Shown in pieces: positions 30,613-40,888 of a stretch of DNA of 64,000 nucleotides. The notes under the pieces were generated by a model. The model had not been told where the DNA came from. It did not search any database and saw nothing but the letters and a program-made list of their open reading frames with translations. The position numbers were made by a program, and so were the translations under genes. The DNA is from an uncultured Spirochaetota bacterium (GTDB taxonomy: Bacteria; Spirochaetota; Spirochaetia; SZUA-6; Fen-1364), in NCBI GenBank assembly GCA_963745235.1, contig CAVUXE010000084.1, positions 1 to 64,000 on the forward strand, written 5' to 3'. Numbering within the stretch: the first letter of the stretch is position 1; every line of letters begins with the position of its first letter.

Positions 30613-31176
30613 TCAGTAGCGTGTCCCCCACGAGTTCATCCACAGGATCGAATCCAGCGGTTTCCTGATCTTCCGTCTTCCCTGCTGGCCTTCGGTCGGG
30701 TAGCCCAGGGCAAGGAGGCAGACGACGCGCACGTGAAGCGGCGCGCCCAGGGCCCTGCGCGCGCGCCTCCTGTTGAACCACCCGATCCAGCATGTTCCCA
30801 GCCCCAGCTCGGCGGCGCGAAGCGCCAGGTGCTCCCCCGCAATGCCGCAGTCAAGCTGGTACATCGCGCTGTCCTTGAGCGATTGCGCCGCCGCCGCAAG
30901 GCCTGCCCTTTCGGCGCACAACGCTATGATCACGGGTGCGGCAGCCGCGAACCGGGTGCGGGAGAAGATGCCGGAAAAGCACGCGCGGGAGAGCGCTTCA
31001 CGGGCCGTCGCATCCTTGACCACCACGAACCGCCACGGCTGGCCGTTGCTCGCGGACGGGGCGAGGCGCGCTGCCTCGATCACCGCAAGGATGTCCTTGT
31101 CCGAGACCGGCTGCTCCGTGTAGCGGCGGACGCTGGAACGCGCGAGGATCAGCGCCTCCAGGGCGGAGGCGCTCAT
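30613..31176 (-). CDS. Nitroreductase family protein
   Basis: It has RSSVRRY, APSASNGQPWRF, LGLGTCWIG and LGYP. Confidence 0.93.
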   Translation of the reverse strand: MSASALEALILARSSVRRYTEQPVSDKDILAVIEAARLAPSASNGQPWRFVVVKDATAREALSRACFSGIFSRTRFAAAAPVIIALCAERAGLAAAAQSLKDSAMYQLDCGIAGEHLALRAAELGLGTCWIGWFNRRRARRALGAPLHVRVVCLLALGYPTEGQQGRRKIRKPLDSILWMNSWGTRY

Positions 31177-32462
31177 ACGACGGCGCCCTGCCGGACCGTA
31201 ACTGCCGCCCGGAGGTTGTGCGCCTCTTCCTTCAGCCGGTGGATCGAGTCAAACCATTTCAATGCGCTCTCATGGCGGAAAGGGACCCGGTACAGCTTGC
31301 TCTCGAAGGTGAAGTGCAGCTTGTCTCCCGGGTCAACCGACAGCGCACCGATGCCTCCCAGGGGAGCGGCGAAGGAAATGCCCAGCCGCGTGCGGAAAAG
31401 AAGGCGATGGTTCGTCAGGAAAGCGCGGCCGAATGCGAAAACCCTGAGGTTGGGAAACTTCTCCTGCTTGAACAGGAAGTGGGGACGCGAGATGAGGTAG
31501 ACCTGCTCATCCGGACCAAGACCGAGGCGCGCCTCGGTGCGGATGGGAGTGAACGGCATGGTCCTGATGCGGGCATAGTGCTGGGGGAGGCTGGTCCAGA
31601 TCCCTTCCGGCTTTCCCTCCTCGTCAGCGGGAGACAGGCGGCAGGTGACATCGATTACCCATGAGGAGAAGCAGCTCGAGCACTCCACCCTGTTCGTGCT
31701 GAACGGCCGAACAACCTTCAACCCCTCCAGCGTTCCGCAGCTCGGGCAGCGGTAGAGCACGTGGGTCACGTCGACTGCAAGGCCCTTGTACGGGTACCGG
31801 GAGGCATCCACCGAGAGACCGTAATCCGCGCTCTGAATGGCTTCCGCGACGTCATGGGAAATCCGCTCGTCATCCTCCGGGATCTCCTCCGGCCTGTAGA
31901 GCCGGGAAAACACTGCCCTGACGGGGAACCGCCGCCACCGCCTGGCCCAGCGGGGATACACGAAGTAGGCGCCGTCGAAACGGCAGACGTAGACGGGAGC
32001 TCCCAGCTTCCTGATGAGCTTTGCAATCCCCGGGGATATGGGCTGGACGGTTCCGTCCCAGGTCCTGACACCCTCGGGAAACACGCCGATGAGCCCGCCC
32101 CTCTTCGCAATGGAGAATATGGAGCGAAGCGCGCTCATGTCGGAGGCCGCCTTGCGCTTCGGAAAGGCGCCAAACCATCGGATGAACCGCCCCAGGGCGC
32201 GCTGGCGAAACAGGTCCTCCGTTGCGGCGAAGTACACGGGGCGCCTGAGCAGGACGTACAGCCAGATGGGATCAAACAGCGTGGTGTGATTGGCGAGGAT
32301 CAGGCCGGCCCCGGTTTCCGGGACCACGCCTGGGTTGACCGAGTCGAGCTGGAAGTACCGGATGATGAAGCCGCGCAGTATGGAGGTCATGACCCGATAG
32401 AAAATCCGGTTGACCAGCCGGACCTTCGTGAAGGCTTCAGACGATGCGATCGGCTCGCTCAT
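31173..32462 (-). CDS. Lysophospholipid acyltransferase (PlsC family) with C-terminal Zn-ribbon extension
   Basis: It has NHTTLFD, FPEG and CPSC..CSSC. Confidence 0.88.
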   Translation of the reverse strand: MSEPIASSEAFTKVRLVNRIFYRVMTSILRGFIIRYFQLDSVNPGVVPETGAGLILANHTTLFDPIWLYVLLRRPVYFAATEDLFRQRALGRFIRWFGAFPKRKAASDMSALRSIFSIAKRGGLIGVFPEGVRTWDGTVQPISPGIAKLIRKLGAPVYVCRFDGAYFVYPRWARRWRRFPVRAVFSRLYRPEEIPEDDERISHDVAEAIQSADYGLSVDASRYPYKGLAVDVTHVLYRCPSCGTLEGLKVVRPFSTNRVECSSCFSSWVIDVTCRLSPADEEGKPEGIWTSLPQHYARIRTMPFTPIRTEARLGLGPDEQVYLISRPHFLFKQEKFPNLRVFAFGRAFLTNHRLLFRTRLGISFAAPLGGIGALSVDPGDKLHFTFESKLYRVPFRHESALKWFDSIHRLKEEAHNLRAAVTVRQGAVV

Positions 32463-32517
32463 CGGGTGCAAAGATACTGATTCACGCAGGAGTGCGCAAT
32501 GGCCCGCGCGGGGCGAC

Positions 32518-35500
32518 TCAGGAGCACCCCGTGGTGGAACCGCAGGTGTCGCAGCGCAGGCAGGTGCCGCTTCTCAGAAGCGTGAAATGGCCGCAGACGG
32601 GACAGCCATCCCCCTCGTAGCCTTTCATCCTGGCCACGTGCACCTCGTTGTCCAGCGCCACGAGCTCCCCGTTGCCGTTCATCTCGTGCTTCGAGCTGCC
32701 GTTCTTGTTCATTGCGGTCGGGGTCAGGTCGTCCGGCTTCACCTGGACGAGGTCTGTCCTGCCGAGGTACGACAGCGCGAGGTCCCGGAAGATGAAGTCG
32801 AGCACCGAGGTGGTCATCTTGATGTGGTCATGCGCGCTGACAATGCCGTTGGGCTCGAACCGGGTGAAGGTGAACGCGTCCACGAACTCCTCCAGGGGCA
32901 CCCCGTACTGGAGGCCCAGGGAGACCGCGATGGCAAAGCTGTTGAGGAGCGACCGGAAAGCGGCGCCCTCCTTGTGCATGTCGAGGAATATTTCCCCCAG
33001 GGTCCCGTCCTCGTACTGGCCCGTGCGCACGAAGATGCTGTGCCCGCCGATCTTTGCTTTCTGCGTGTACCCGAAGCGCTTTGACGGAAGGGGATTTCGC
33101 TTCTTTCCCCGGGTCACCGAGGATGCAACGAGGCCGATGGGCTCCTTGCCCGCGTCTTTCATGATGGCGAGCACCGCCTCCGCCGTTGCATCCGTCCCCG
33201 GCATGAGGGCGGAAAGGGGCTGGCTCAGCTTGGAACCGTCCCGGTACAGCGCAATTGCCTTGAGCATCTTCCTCCAGGAAAGGAGATAGGCGCCCTTGAT
33301 TTCGTCCACCGTGGAGACAGACGGCATGTTGATCGTCTTGGAGATTGCCCCCGAGATGAAAGGCTGCACCGCCGCCATCATCTCGATATGCGCCTTCCAG
33401 GCGATGGAGCGCTTCCCGATCCTGCCGTTGGGGTTGGCGGTGTCGAACACGGCGTAGTGCTCGGGCTGCAGGTGCGGCGCGCCCTCGATGGTCATTGTGC
33501 CGCACGCCCAGAGGTTTGTCGCCTCGATCTCCTTCGCGTTGAACCCGAGGTGCGCCAGGAGGTTGAACCCGGGCAGGGAGAACGTGGCCTCGGGAATCTG
33601 CAGCGTTTCGGCAAGGAACTCCCTGCCGAGAACGCCGGGCTGGAAGGAATAGTCGATGGAAAATGCGTTGGCAAGAGAGGCGTTTATCTTCTGTATCTCC
33701 GTGTCGCTGAACCCCTTTTCCCGCAGCTTCTCCGAAGAGACGCCGGGAGCCCCGTCAAGGGTCCCCCTGCCCAGGCAGTAGCGCTCGATGTCCTGGATCT
33801 GTTCCTCGCTGTAGCCAAGCTTGTGAAGGGCGGGGGGAATGGAGGTGTTGATGATCTTGAAGTAGCCTCCGCCGGCGAGCTTCTTGAACTTCACCAGGCT
33901 GAAGTCAGGCTCCACCCCCGTGGTGTCGCAGTCCATGACAAGGCCGATGGTTCCCGTGGGCGCGATGGCCGTGACCTGGGCGTTGCGATACCCGTACTTT
34001 TCACCGAGTGCAAGGGCCCTGTCCCACGCCCGGCGGGCGGCCGCCATGAGGTCAGGCGGGCAGAACAGGGCGTCAATGGGCTGGGGAATGACGGAAAGAC
34101 CCTCATACTCCTCGGGAGCCGCCCCGTAGGCGGCCCGTCCGTGGTTCCTGATGACGCGAAGCATGTCTTCCCGGTTTGCGGCAAACCGGGGGAATGCTCC
34201 CAGCTCCGCCGCCATCTCGGCGGAGGTGGCGTACGCCTCCGCGGACAGGATGGCGGAAATGGCCGCCGCAATGGCGCGTCCCTCCGCGCTGTCGTAGGGA
34301 ATCCCCATCACCATGAGGAGCGTCCCGAGGTTCGCGTACCCGAGCCCGAGGGTGCGGAAGTCGAAGCTCTTGCGCGCGATCTCCCGAGCGGGGAACTGCG
34401 CCATGAGCACGCTGATCTCCAGCGTGATGGTCCAGAGGCGTATGGCGTGGCGCAGCTCGTCGATCCTGACCTCTCCCTTCTCCATGTCGTAGAAGGTCAT
34501 CAGGTTGAGCGATGCCAGGTTGCACGCGGTGTCATCCAGGAACATGTATTCGGAGCAGGGGTTCGAGGCCCTGATCTCTCCGTCTTTCGGGCAGGTGTGC
34601 CAGTCGTTGATGGTGGTGTGGAACTGGAGGCCGGGGTCGGCGCAGAGCCACGCCGCGGTGGCGATCCGATCCCAGATCTCACGGGCGCGGATTTTCTGGC
34701 GGGACTTCCCGTCCGTGCGGTTGACGAGCTCCCACCACCCGTCATCCATCACGGCCTTCATGAACGCATCCGAGAGGCGCAGCGAGTTGTTGGAGGACTG
34801 ACCGCTCACCGTGTTGTACGCTTCGCTGTCCCAGTCCGTGGTGTACTCTTCCGGCTCGAAGTCCCAGATGCCCTGCTCAGCGAGCTGGATCACCTGGAAC
34901 ACCCAGGAGGGCAGGACCTCGTCCTGGAGGGCTTCCCTCACCGCCCGCTCGAGCTCGCGGTTTTTCCTGGGATCAAATCTTGCCGCCCCGTCTCCGTTGT
35001 CACCGGCGTCCGGCTCGCCCTTGCAGGCCTCCAGGATTCGCTTCGTGTGCTTGCGGAGGAGCCTGCTGCCCGTGACCATGGCGGCAACCTTGCGCTCCTC
35101 CTGCGCCTTCCAGTCGATGTACTTCAGGACGTCGGGATGATCTGCGTCCAGGGTCACCATGCGAGCGGCGCGCCGCGTGGTGCCTCCGCTCTTGATGGAG
35201 GAGGCGGAGCGGTCGCTCACCTTGAGGAAAGACAGGAGACCGGACGAGACGCCACCGCCGGAAAGCGGCTCGCTGGAGGCGCGCAGCTTCGAGTAGTTGG
35301 TGCCTGTTCCCGAGCCGTACTTGAAGAGGCGCGCCTCACGCGTGATGAGGTCCATGATGCCGCCCTCGTTCACGAGGTCATCCTCTATGGAGAGGATGAA
35401 GCAGTTGTGGACGATGACATTGTTCGAGAGGTATTGCCCGCTCAGTGTCTGAATATCGTAGACGCGCATGAGCCCCGCGAGCTCGAGGCGGACCACTGCC

Positions 35501-36384
35501 TCCTGGCGAAGTCCCTGCAGCGTACTGACGCGGTGGCGCACGCCGTCAGGCCGGCCGCCAATCCCGCTGGCGGTCGAAAGGTGGAGCCGCATACCCGGGG
35601 CAAGCTCGCCAACCGGGACCCATTGCGCACCTTGGCGCAGCTCATGCGAGGCGAGGACCAGGTGGTCCCCTGTCGCCTCGATGGCGGCCCCGTTCCTGAG
35701 CACGACGCGCAACACGGGTTTGACCCCGTTTTCCTTGACCGCCATGACGCGGGTCGTGCCTTTTCCATCGTCTGTGCCGTCGTAGACTTCGAGACCGATC
35801 AAACCTCCCTCTACGATTGAACCGATGGCGACTGGACCGAAAGGCGTGGAAACAGGCGCATGCCAGGGCTGGCACGCATGCGGCTGCGGGCGCTCGTACG
35901 CGCTGGTCGACCTCTTTACTTCCGCGGTCTTGGGGTCCACGTAGTAGTGGCCCTGGGCCGGACCGTTGATCCCGTACACGGCGAACAGACCGGTGTTGAA
36001 CCACTGCGGCGAGTTGGGAGAGCCCATCTGGTGGGCGAGCATGAAGCACATCTCGTCGTAGTAGGCCTGCGCATCCTCCGCGGAGGAGAAGTAGCCGTAT
36101 TTCCTGCCCCAGTCCATCCAGGTGAAGGCGAGCCGATGGAAGACTTGCCGGGCGTCATTCTCACCGCTCGTGGAGCCGTCCTTCTGGGGCACGCCGCGCT
36201 TGCGGAAGTATTTCTGGGCAAGGATGTCGGCCGCTATCTGCGACCAGAACGTCGGGACAAGGACGTTCTCCTGGCGGAAGATGTGCTTGCCGTCAGGGTT
36301 GCGGATCTCCGAGGTGCGCGACTCGAAAGAAATATCTTTATACGGGGATTCCCCCGCGCGAGTGAAGCGCCGCTCAATCTCCAT
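32518..36384 (-). CDS. nrdJ: Vitamin B12-dependent ribonucleotide reductase (class II), intein-containing
   Basis: It has [14 protein letters not shown]|[24 protein letters not shown], a TSCPD-like domain and a C-terminal CxxC..CxxC..GCS. Confidence 0.96.
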   Translation of the reverse strand: MEIERRFTRAGESPYKDISFESRTSEIRNPDGKHIFRQENVLVPTFWSQIAADILAQKYFRKRGVPQKDGSTSGENDARQVFHRLAFTWMDWGRKYGYFSSAEDAQAYYDEMCFMLAHQMGSPNSPQWFNTGLFAVYGINGPAQGHYYVDPKTAEVKRSTSAYERPQPHACQPWHAPVSTPFGPVAIGSIVEGGLIGLEVYDGTDDGKGTTRVMAVKENGVKPVLRVVLRNGAAIEATGDHLVLASHELRQGAQWVPVGELAPGMRLHLSTASGIGGRPDGVRHRVSTLQGLRQEAVVRLELAGLMRVYDIQTLSGQYLSNNVIVHNCFILSIEDDLVNEGGIMDLITREARLFKYGSGTGTNYSKLRASSEPLSGGGVSSGLLSFLKVSDRSASSIKSGGTTRRAARMVTLDADHPDVLKYIDWKAQEERKVAAMVTGSRLLRKHTKRILEACKGEPDAGDNGDGAARFDPRKNRELERAVREALQDEVLPSWVFQVIQLAEQGIWDFEPEEYTTDWDSEAYNTVSGQSSNNSLRLSDAFMKAVMDDGWWELVNRTDGKSRQKIRAREIWDRIATAAWLCADPGLQFHTTINDWHTCPKDGEIRASNPCSEYMFLDDTACNLASLNLMTFYDMEKGEVRIDELRHAIRLWTITLEISVLMAQFPAREIARKSFDFRTLGLGYANLGTLLMVMGIPYDSAEGRAIAAAISAILSAEAYATSAEMAAELGAFPRFAANREDMLRVIRNHGRAAYGAAPEEYEGLSVIPQPIDALFCPPDLMAAARRAWDRALALGEKYGYRNAQVTAIAPTGTIGLVMDCDTTGVEPDFSLVKFKKLAGGGYFKIINTSIPPALHKLGYSEEQIQDIERYCLGRGTLDGAPGVSSEKLREKGFSDTEIQKINASLANAFSIDYSFQPGVLGREFLAETLQIPEATFSLPGFNLLAHLGFNAKEIEATNLWACGTMTIEGAPHLQPEHYAVFDTANPNGRIGKRSIAWKAHIEMMAAVQPFISGAISKTINMPSVSTVDEIKGAYLLSWRKMLKAIALYRDGSKLSQPLSALMPGTDATAEAVLAIMKDAGKEPIGLVASSVTRGKKRNPLPSKRFGYTQKAKIGGHSIFVRTGQYEDGTLGEIFLDMHKEGAAFRSLLNSFAIAVSLGLQYGVPLEEFVDAFTFTRFEPNGIVSAHDHIKMTTSVLDFIFRDLALSYLGRTDLVQVKPDDLTPTAMNKNGSSKHEMNGNGELVALDNEVHVARMKGYEGDGCPVCGHFTLLRSGTCLRCDTCGSTTGCS
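35404..35874 (-). mobile_element. Mini-intein (157 aa, no homing endonuclease) in NrdJ
   Basis: It starts with Cys (CQPWHAPV) and has block B ATGDH, block F VYDIQT and block G VHN followed by the extein Cys. Removing it restores QPHACFI. Confidence 0.95.
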
Positions 36385-36422
36385 AGTTCCCCTCCACTGG
36401 AAATTCGGCGAGACAATCTACT

Positions 36423-36451
36423 AGTGTAACCGATGGGGTCAGCCCAGGCAA
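36423..36451 (-). promoter_or_regulatory. Sigma70 promoter for nrdJ
   Basis: The minus strand reads TTGCCT-N17-TACACT, with a GGAGGG RBS downstream. Confidence 0.55.
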
Positions 36452-36459
36452 GAGGAAAA

Positions 36460-38109
36460 TCACTTCTGCGCCAGAATCGCAAGCGCATGACCGCCCGGAG
36501 GTCCGCCCGCGGCTCGAAGCTTCGCGTCCAGCGCGTCGAAAGAGTCGAGAAACGAGTGGGGATGCTCTGCGAGAAGGCGGCCCGCAAGCACCGCGGCCGC
36601 TCCTCCCTGCGCCTTCATGCGGGAAAGAGTCACGGACTGGAAGCCTTCCACGTCCTGCCGCTCCTGCTGGAAAAGGTAAGCCTGGAACTCGTTCACGACG
36701 AGGTAATGGTCAGTCGTGTCATACGCCTTGGAGGAAAGGTAGTCTGCCCAGACGTCCTTCTCCACCGGCGAACGTGACTCCCAGACTGCCTCCACCCCCT
36801 CGCGGAACTGCGGCAGGGAGAAGAACTCTCCATGGGCGCTTTCGTGGGACAGGAGCAGACGTCGAAGCGCCGGGGCGGAGCTGCGGGAGATGGATATCAC
36901 AGCGCCTTCCACCGGGGAGAAACCCCCGGAGGTCTCTCGGATCAGGTCGTTGGCCACCAGGATCTGCCGCAGATCATTCTCCCCCGCGGTGAGCGCAATG
37001 CCTTTTCCGGACGCCTCGGTGAAGAACCTGGCAAGGTCCTCCGCCCGGTAGTCGTGCGCGTTGTATCCATGCCTGCCTGCCAGCGCGGACTGATCCTCGA
37101 TGGTGCCCCGGTAGCCCGACTTCTCCACGAAGTAGGCGAGCCGTTTGAAGAGGCTGTCCTGGACGTCGTAGCTGGCCGTGTCGAAGATCAGCACGTGGGG
37201 AAACCTGTCCCACTGGAAAAGCTCGAAATCCGGGCGGCGCCAGGTTGCGCGGTCCCAATCCAGGATCATGCCCGGGTCCGCGGGAATGGGCCCGTCAGCG
37301 GGAACAAAGGAAATGTCCAGCTTTTCCACGGGAAGGCTTGCATGCACCTCCCGGGGCAGGAAGCCCATGCTGCCCCGGGCAAACAGCATGGTTGCAAGCC
37401 CGGCAGCCTGGTCCACGGAAAAAGCGGCGCTGCGGCCGTCCTCGGCAGTGAAACGGATGGAGCTTTGCCGATCCGGCTGCCCAACGGGGTCGACCGCTAT
37501 CCTGATCGCCCATATTCCCTGCGCCATTTCCTGGCGCGCAGAATCCGTGATGCGGGCGGAGAGGCCGGCTGGGCCGACCTCAGCGACCTCCACGCTGCCA
37601 TCCACGGACAGGCCTTCCGGGGAAACCTCGAAGCCGTGGACGAACGGCTCGGTGCCCGCGCCCATGAGGTGGAGGGACCGGCCTGACTGCGCGGGACCTC
37701 GCGCGCTGAGCTGAAATCCCCAGATCCTGTCCCCGTCCGAAAGCGGCACCAGAAACCGGATCCGGGTCCCGCTGGAGGCGGGCAGGGCAACGCTTCGAAG
37801 GATGGTCTTTCGGTCAGAGAAAATGGAAAGCCGGCAATCCGACAGGGAGCTCGTATAGGACAGTCCGAAAGCTTCCCTGGGTGCGGCTGCCTGGACTCCA
37901 CGACTCAAGCTGTACAAAGGGCTGGTCAGGCGCGCGGGGGTGGGCGCAAAGACAGCCTCCTGGTCACGGCTTCGTCCCGGTGACTGCCTGATCTGAACCC
38001 GGTCTCCCCCGGCCGTCTGGAACTCAAAGCTCTCGAACCGCGCCGTGCACCCCGCCAGAGCGAGGGCCACGACGGCGGGAAGCAGAGAGGGGCAGAACCG
38101 TCTTTTCAA
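36460..38109 (-). CDS. Lipoprotein with HExxH motif (possible zincin)
   Basis: It has the lipobox LAGC, LSHESAHG and a downstream NEFQAY. Confidence 0.7.
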   Translation of the reverse strand: MKRRFCPSLLPAVVALALAGCTARFESFEFQTAGGDRVQIRQSPGRSRDQEAVFAPTPARLTSPLYSLSRGVQAAAPREAFGLSYTSSLSDCRLSIFSDRKTILRSVALPASSGTRIRFLVPLSDGDRIWGFQLSARGPAQSGRSLHLMGAGTEPFVHGFEVSPEGLSVDGSVEVAEVGPAGLSARITDSARQEMAQGIWAIRIAVDPVGQPDRQSSIRFTAEDGRSAAFSVDQAAGLATMLFARGSMGFLPREVHASLPVEKLDISFVPADGPIPADPGMILDWDRATWRRPDFELFQWDRFPHVLIFDTASYDVQDSLFKRLAYFVEKSGYRGTIEDQSALAGRHGYNAHDYRAEDLARFFTEASGKGIALTAGENDLRQILVANDLIRETSGGFSPVEGAVISISRSSAPALRRLLLSHESAHGEFFSLPQFREGVEAVWESRSPVEKDVWADYLSSKAYDTTDHYLVVNEFQAYLFQQERQDVEGFQSVTLSRMKAQGGAAAVLAGRLLAEHPHSFLDSFDALDAKLRAAGGPPGGHALAILAQK

Positions 38110-38891
38110 TCACTCTCCTCGACAGCGAGGGGCATGAGGCTGCGCACCATGTGCTGGCCAATCTCGCGCCGGGCCTCTTTGGAGATGGGCTGGGCCGGCC
38201 GAATGAAGTTGTCCAGCCTGCCCAGGAAACCATCGGGGAGAATGGGAAGGTTTGCCAGGCGATCGTTCAGCAGGCGGTCCGCTGGCTCGAATTGCCGATT
38301 GGCCGCAAAGAGGAAGCTGGCCACGCCGCGCATCAGCCGGGCGGCCGAAACCAGGAAGAAAAGGTCATCCGACCTGTGCGCCGCGGCCCCCAGGTCCACC
38401 AGGGCGCGCTCCGCCAGGGAGTAGGCGCGAAGGCGCGCCTGCCACCAGAACTCATCCGGCACGTGCGCCAGGGCCGCGCGGGTCTCATCCATCCAGCCGT
38501 CACGGCTGAAGAGGACCTCCCCGCGCTCGATCCGGTACAGCACGTGACTCCCCGGTTCGTGGAACACCCACGTCTTTTCCGCGATGCGCAGGAGCATGCG
38601 GTCCACTTCCTCCGTGCGGATGTAGTGCGCCGTCACGGGGAGCTCCTCCACCAGGAACCTGTCGATGGTGGCCACGGGGGAGGTCTCGAAGGCGGTGACC
38701 TGGGCCACAAGAGAGCTGCGCTTCTCCAGGCCGGGCAGCGCGCCGGAGATGTACACGTCCAGATCTATCGTGAAGTAGGGATCGGAGACGTCGACGTCAG
38801 CGGCCTCGCCCAGCACGACCACCTGGACGCCGCTTGTCCCGGCAAGGCTCTTGACCAGGGCATCCGTGATCCGCTGGACCTTCCGTTTCAT
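38106..38891 (-). CDS. Nucleotidyltransferase-fold protein (DUF4037-like)
   Basis: A G..D-x-D motif (LGEAA..IDLDV) is followed by a helical C-terminal domain (SFLFAANRQFEP). Confidence 0.7.
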   Translation of the reverse strand: MKRKVQRITDALVKSLAGTSGVQVVVLGEAADVDVSDPYFTIDLDVYISGALPGLEKRSSLVAQVTAFETSPVATIDRFLVEELPVTAHYIRTEEVDRMLLRIAEKTWVFHEPGSHVLYRIERGEVLFSRDGWMDETRAALAHVPDEFWWQARLRAYSLAERALVDLGAAAHRSDDLFFLVSAARLMRGVASFLFAANRQFEPADRLLNDRLANLPILPDGFLGRLDNFIRPAQPISKEARREIGQHMVRSLMPLAVEESD

Positions 38892-38972
38892 GAAACGAAT
38901 TGTAGCAGGGCGGGGCGGGGCGAGTACAGCCGGGGTTGAGCCCTGGAGTGGCCCGTGCTACCATGCAGGATC

Positions 38973-40364
38973 ATGAAAGCGGAGTCCCCGCTCCGCGCCC
39001 ATCGGCGAAGGCTCTGGATAGCGCTCATTCCCTTCACGGTCGCATTCGCCGCCGCTTCGGCGGCCGCGGCGCTGGGAGTCCGCGGGATACCTCTTGCCCC
39101 CGTCCTGATCCCATCCCTGGCCCTCGTGTTCGTCGAGGGCGTCCTTGTTGCCTATGCCCTTCCCGGCCAGAGGGCGCTGGAGACGCGCGCCATGCAGGTG
39201 GAGGCAGTCTGCAACCTCATCCGCAAGGCAGGCGCCTCCCTGGACCTCCAGGAAGTGCTCGACTCCATCACCCGTCTGACCGTCCAGGCGGCGGGGGTCC
39301 GCGGCTGCTCCATCAAGCTGCTGGATCCTTCCCGCGGCCTGATGAGCGTGCGCTCGATTGCGGGGCTGCACAGGCAGGTGGCGGAGCTGAGCGCGGAGGC
39401 CGCGCAAAGCATTTCCACGAAGAGCCTCATGGATGGACGACCCGTGCTGGTGGAAGGCGCGGCCCAGAGCGATTTTCCCGAGCTGGACGGCGAGAGCGAG
39501 TCCCTGATCTGCGTTCCCCTCCGCCATGAAATGAAGGTCGTGGGCGCCCTGTGTGTCTACGGGGAGAAGGGCGGCAAGCTTTCACCGGAGATGCTGACTT
39601 TTCTCTCCCGCCTTGGAGACCTTGCGGTGCTGTCCATCCAGAATGCCGCCGTGTATGAGACGCTGAAGAAGGTGGACGAAGCGAAGTCCTGGTTCCTTCG
39701 AAAAGCGGCGCACGAGCTCGCCTCTCCGCTCTCGGTGATCCAGTCGGTGGCGCAGAACTTCCTTGGGGGGTACCTCGGGGAGCTGGACCCGGGGCAGCTG
39801 GCCAGCATCGAGCGAATCAGGGCGCGCGCAGCCGGCCTGTCCGAGGTGGTTGCGGACCTTCTTGCCCTTGCCCGCGGCAAGGCGCGCACGGCCGCGGACA
39901 AGGGAGGGAAGACAGACTTGACCGCGTCTCTGAGGGAGACCATGGAGTTCTTCCAGACAGCGGCTCGCCAGAAAGGGATCGGGCTCGCTGCGGATCTGCC
40001 GTCTGAGAGCGCGGAGGTCCTGGTGTCTCCCGAAGAAGCCCATTCGGTGCTGACGAACCTGCTGTCAAACGCCATCAAGTATTCCCCCGCCGGCCGGGAG
40101 GTTCGCGTGAGCCTGATCATGCACGGCGCGGGAGTGGAGCTTTCCGTGAGGGACCAGGGTATCGGCATCCCGGCCGCTGAAAGAGAGAGGCTTTTCAGCG
40201 AGTTCTTTCGGGCATCGAACGCGCGTTCGTTCACGGAGTCTGGTACGGGGCTCGGCCTGGCCATCGTGAAGTCTGTCATCGAGAGCGCCGCCGGCTCACT
40301 GGAGGTGGACAGCGTCGAAGGCCAGGGCACCACCGTCAGGGTCCATCTCCCGCGAGCGCAATGA
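38973..40364 (+). CDS. GAF-domain sensor histidine kinase (orphan)
   Basis: It has two TMs, a GAF domain (LDLQEVL..SLICVPL..VGAL), the H-box AHELASPL, NLLSNAIKYS, DQGIGIP and GTGLGL. Confidence 0.92.
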   Translation: MKAESPLRAHRRRLWIALIPFTVAFAAASAAAALGVRGIPLAPVLIPSLALVFVEGVLVAYALPGQRALETRAMQVEAVCNLIRKAGASLDLQEVLDSITRLTVQAAGVRGCSIKLLDPSRGLMSVRSIAGLHRQVAELSAEAAQSISTKSLMDGRPVLVEGAAQSDFPELDGESESLICVPLRHEMKVVGALCVYGEKGGKLSPEMLTFLSRLGDLAVLSIQNAAVYETLKKVDEAKSWFLRKAAHELASPLSVIQSVAQNFLGGYLGELDPGQLASIERIRARAAGLSEVVADLLALARGKARTAADKGGKTDLTASLRETMEFFQTAARQKGIGLAADLPSESAEVLVSPEEAHSVLTNLLSNAIKYSPAGREVRVSLIMHGAGVELSVRDQGIGIPAAERERLFSEFFRASNARSFTESGTGLGLAIVKSVIESAAGSLEVDSVEGQGTTVRVHLPRAQ

Positions 40365-40888
40365 CGCAGACCCTGCTCGTTCTGCTCGCGCCCGGCTCTG
40401 TTGAAGCAGACGTCGGCAGGGTCCAGCAGCGCATCTTCGCGGACCACGGGCTTGTCTCCGCGGTTGCGCTTCCTCCCCTGGTGCCGGTGGCGTTTCTCCC
40501 GGCGGAGGAGCGGATGCGCGGGCTGCTTGCGAAGCTGAACGCCTCGGTGGCCGCTCCCTATCGCATCACGCTCGCCGGGCTTGCATGGCGGGACGGATTT
40601 CTGTATCTCGGCGTAGACTCGGGGGGGGTATGGGGCTCTCTGCGGGCGGAGGCCTCCGATGAAGCCTCCGGCCTTTTTCCTCCATTCGAGGGCTTCTTCC
40701 TGGGGTGCGCGGAAGCCGGCGTGGCGCAGCGTGAGAGCATCCTGCCTCCCCTGCCCGCGCTCGGGTTCACCTCATCCACTCTTGCGGTGATGCGCATATG
40801 TGCGCCGGGAGAGGGCGCGGCGTGGTGGAGTGACGTGTCCACCGAGATTCTGGAGGAGATTCCACTTCGAGGGAGGCGCAGGCAATGA
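40361..40888 (+). CDS. Hypothetical protein, possibly degenerate 2H phosphoesterase fold
   Basis: It overlaps genes on both sides via ATGA. The topology is reminiscent of 2'-5' RNA ligase, but the HxT motifs are absent. Confidence 0.6.
   Translation: MTQTLLVLLAPGSVEADVGRVQQRIFADHGLVSAVALPPLVPVAFLPAEERMRGLLAKLNASVAAPYRITLAGLAWRDGFLYLGVDSGGVWGSLRAEASDEASGLFPPFEGFFLGCAEAGVAQRESILPPLPALGFTSSTLAVMRICAPGEGAAWWSDVSTEILEEIPLRGRRRQ

Noticed and set aside
33388-35820. 810-aa plus-strand ORF, and similar long antisense ORFs (27039-28631, 43866-45437, 48762-50081)
   Set aside because: These are shadow ORFs opposite well-supported genes, as expected at high GC3.
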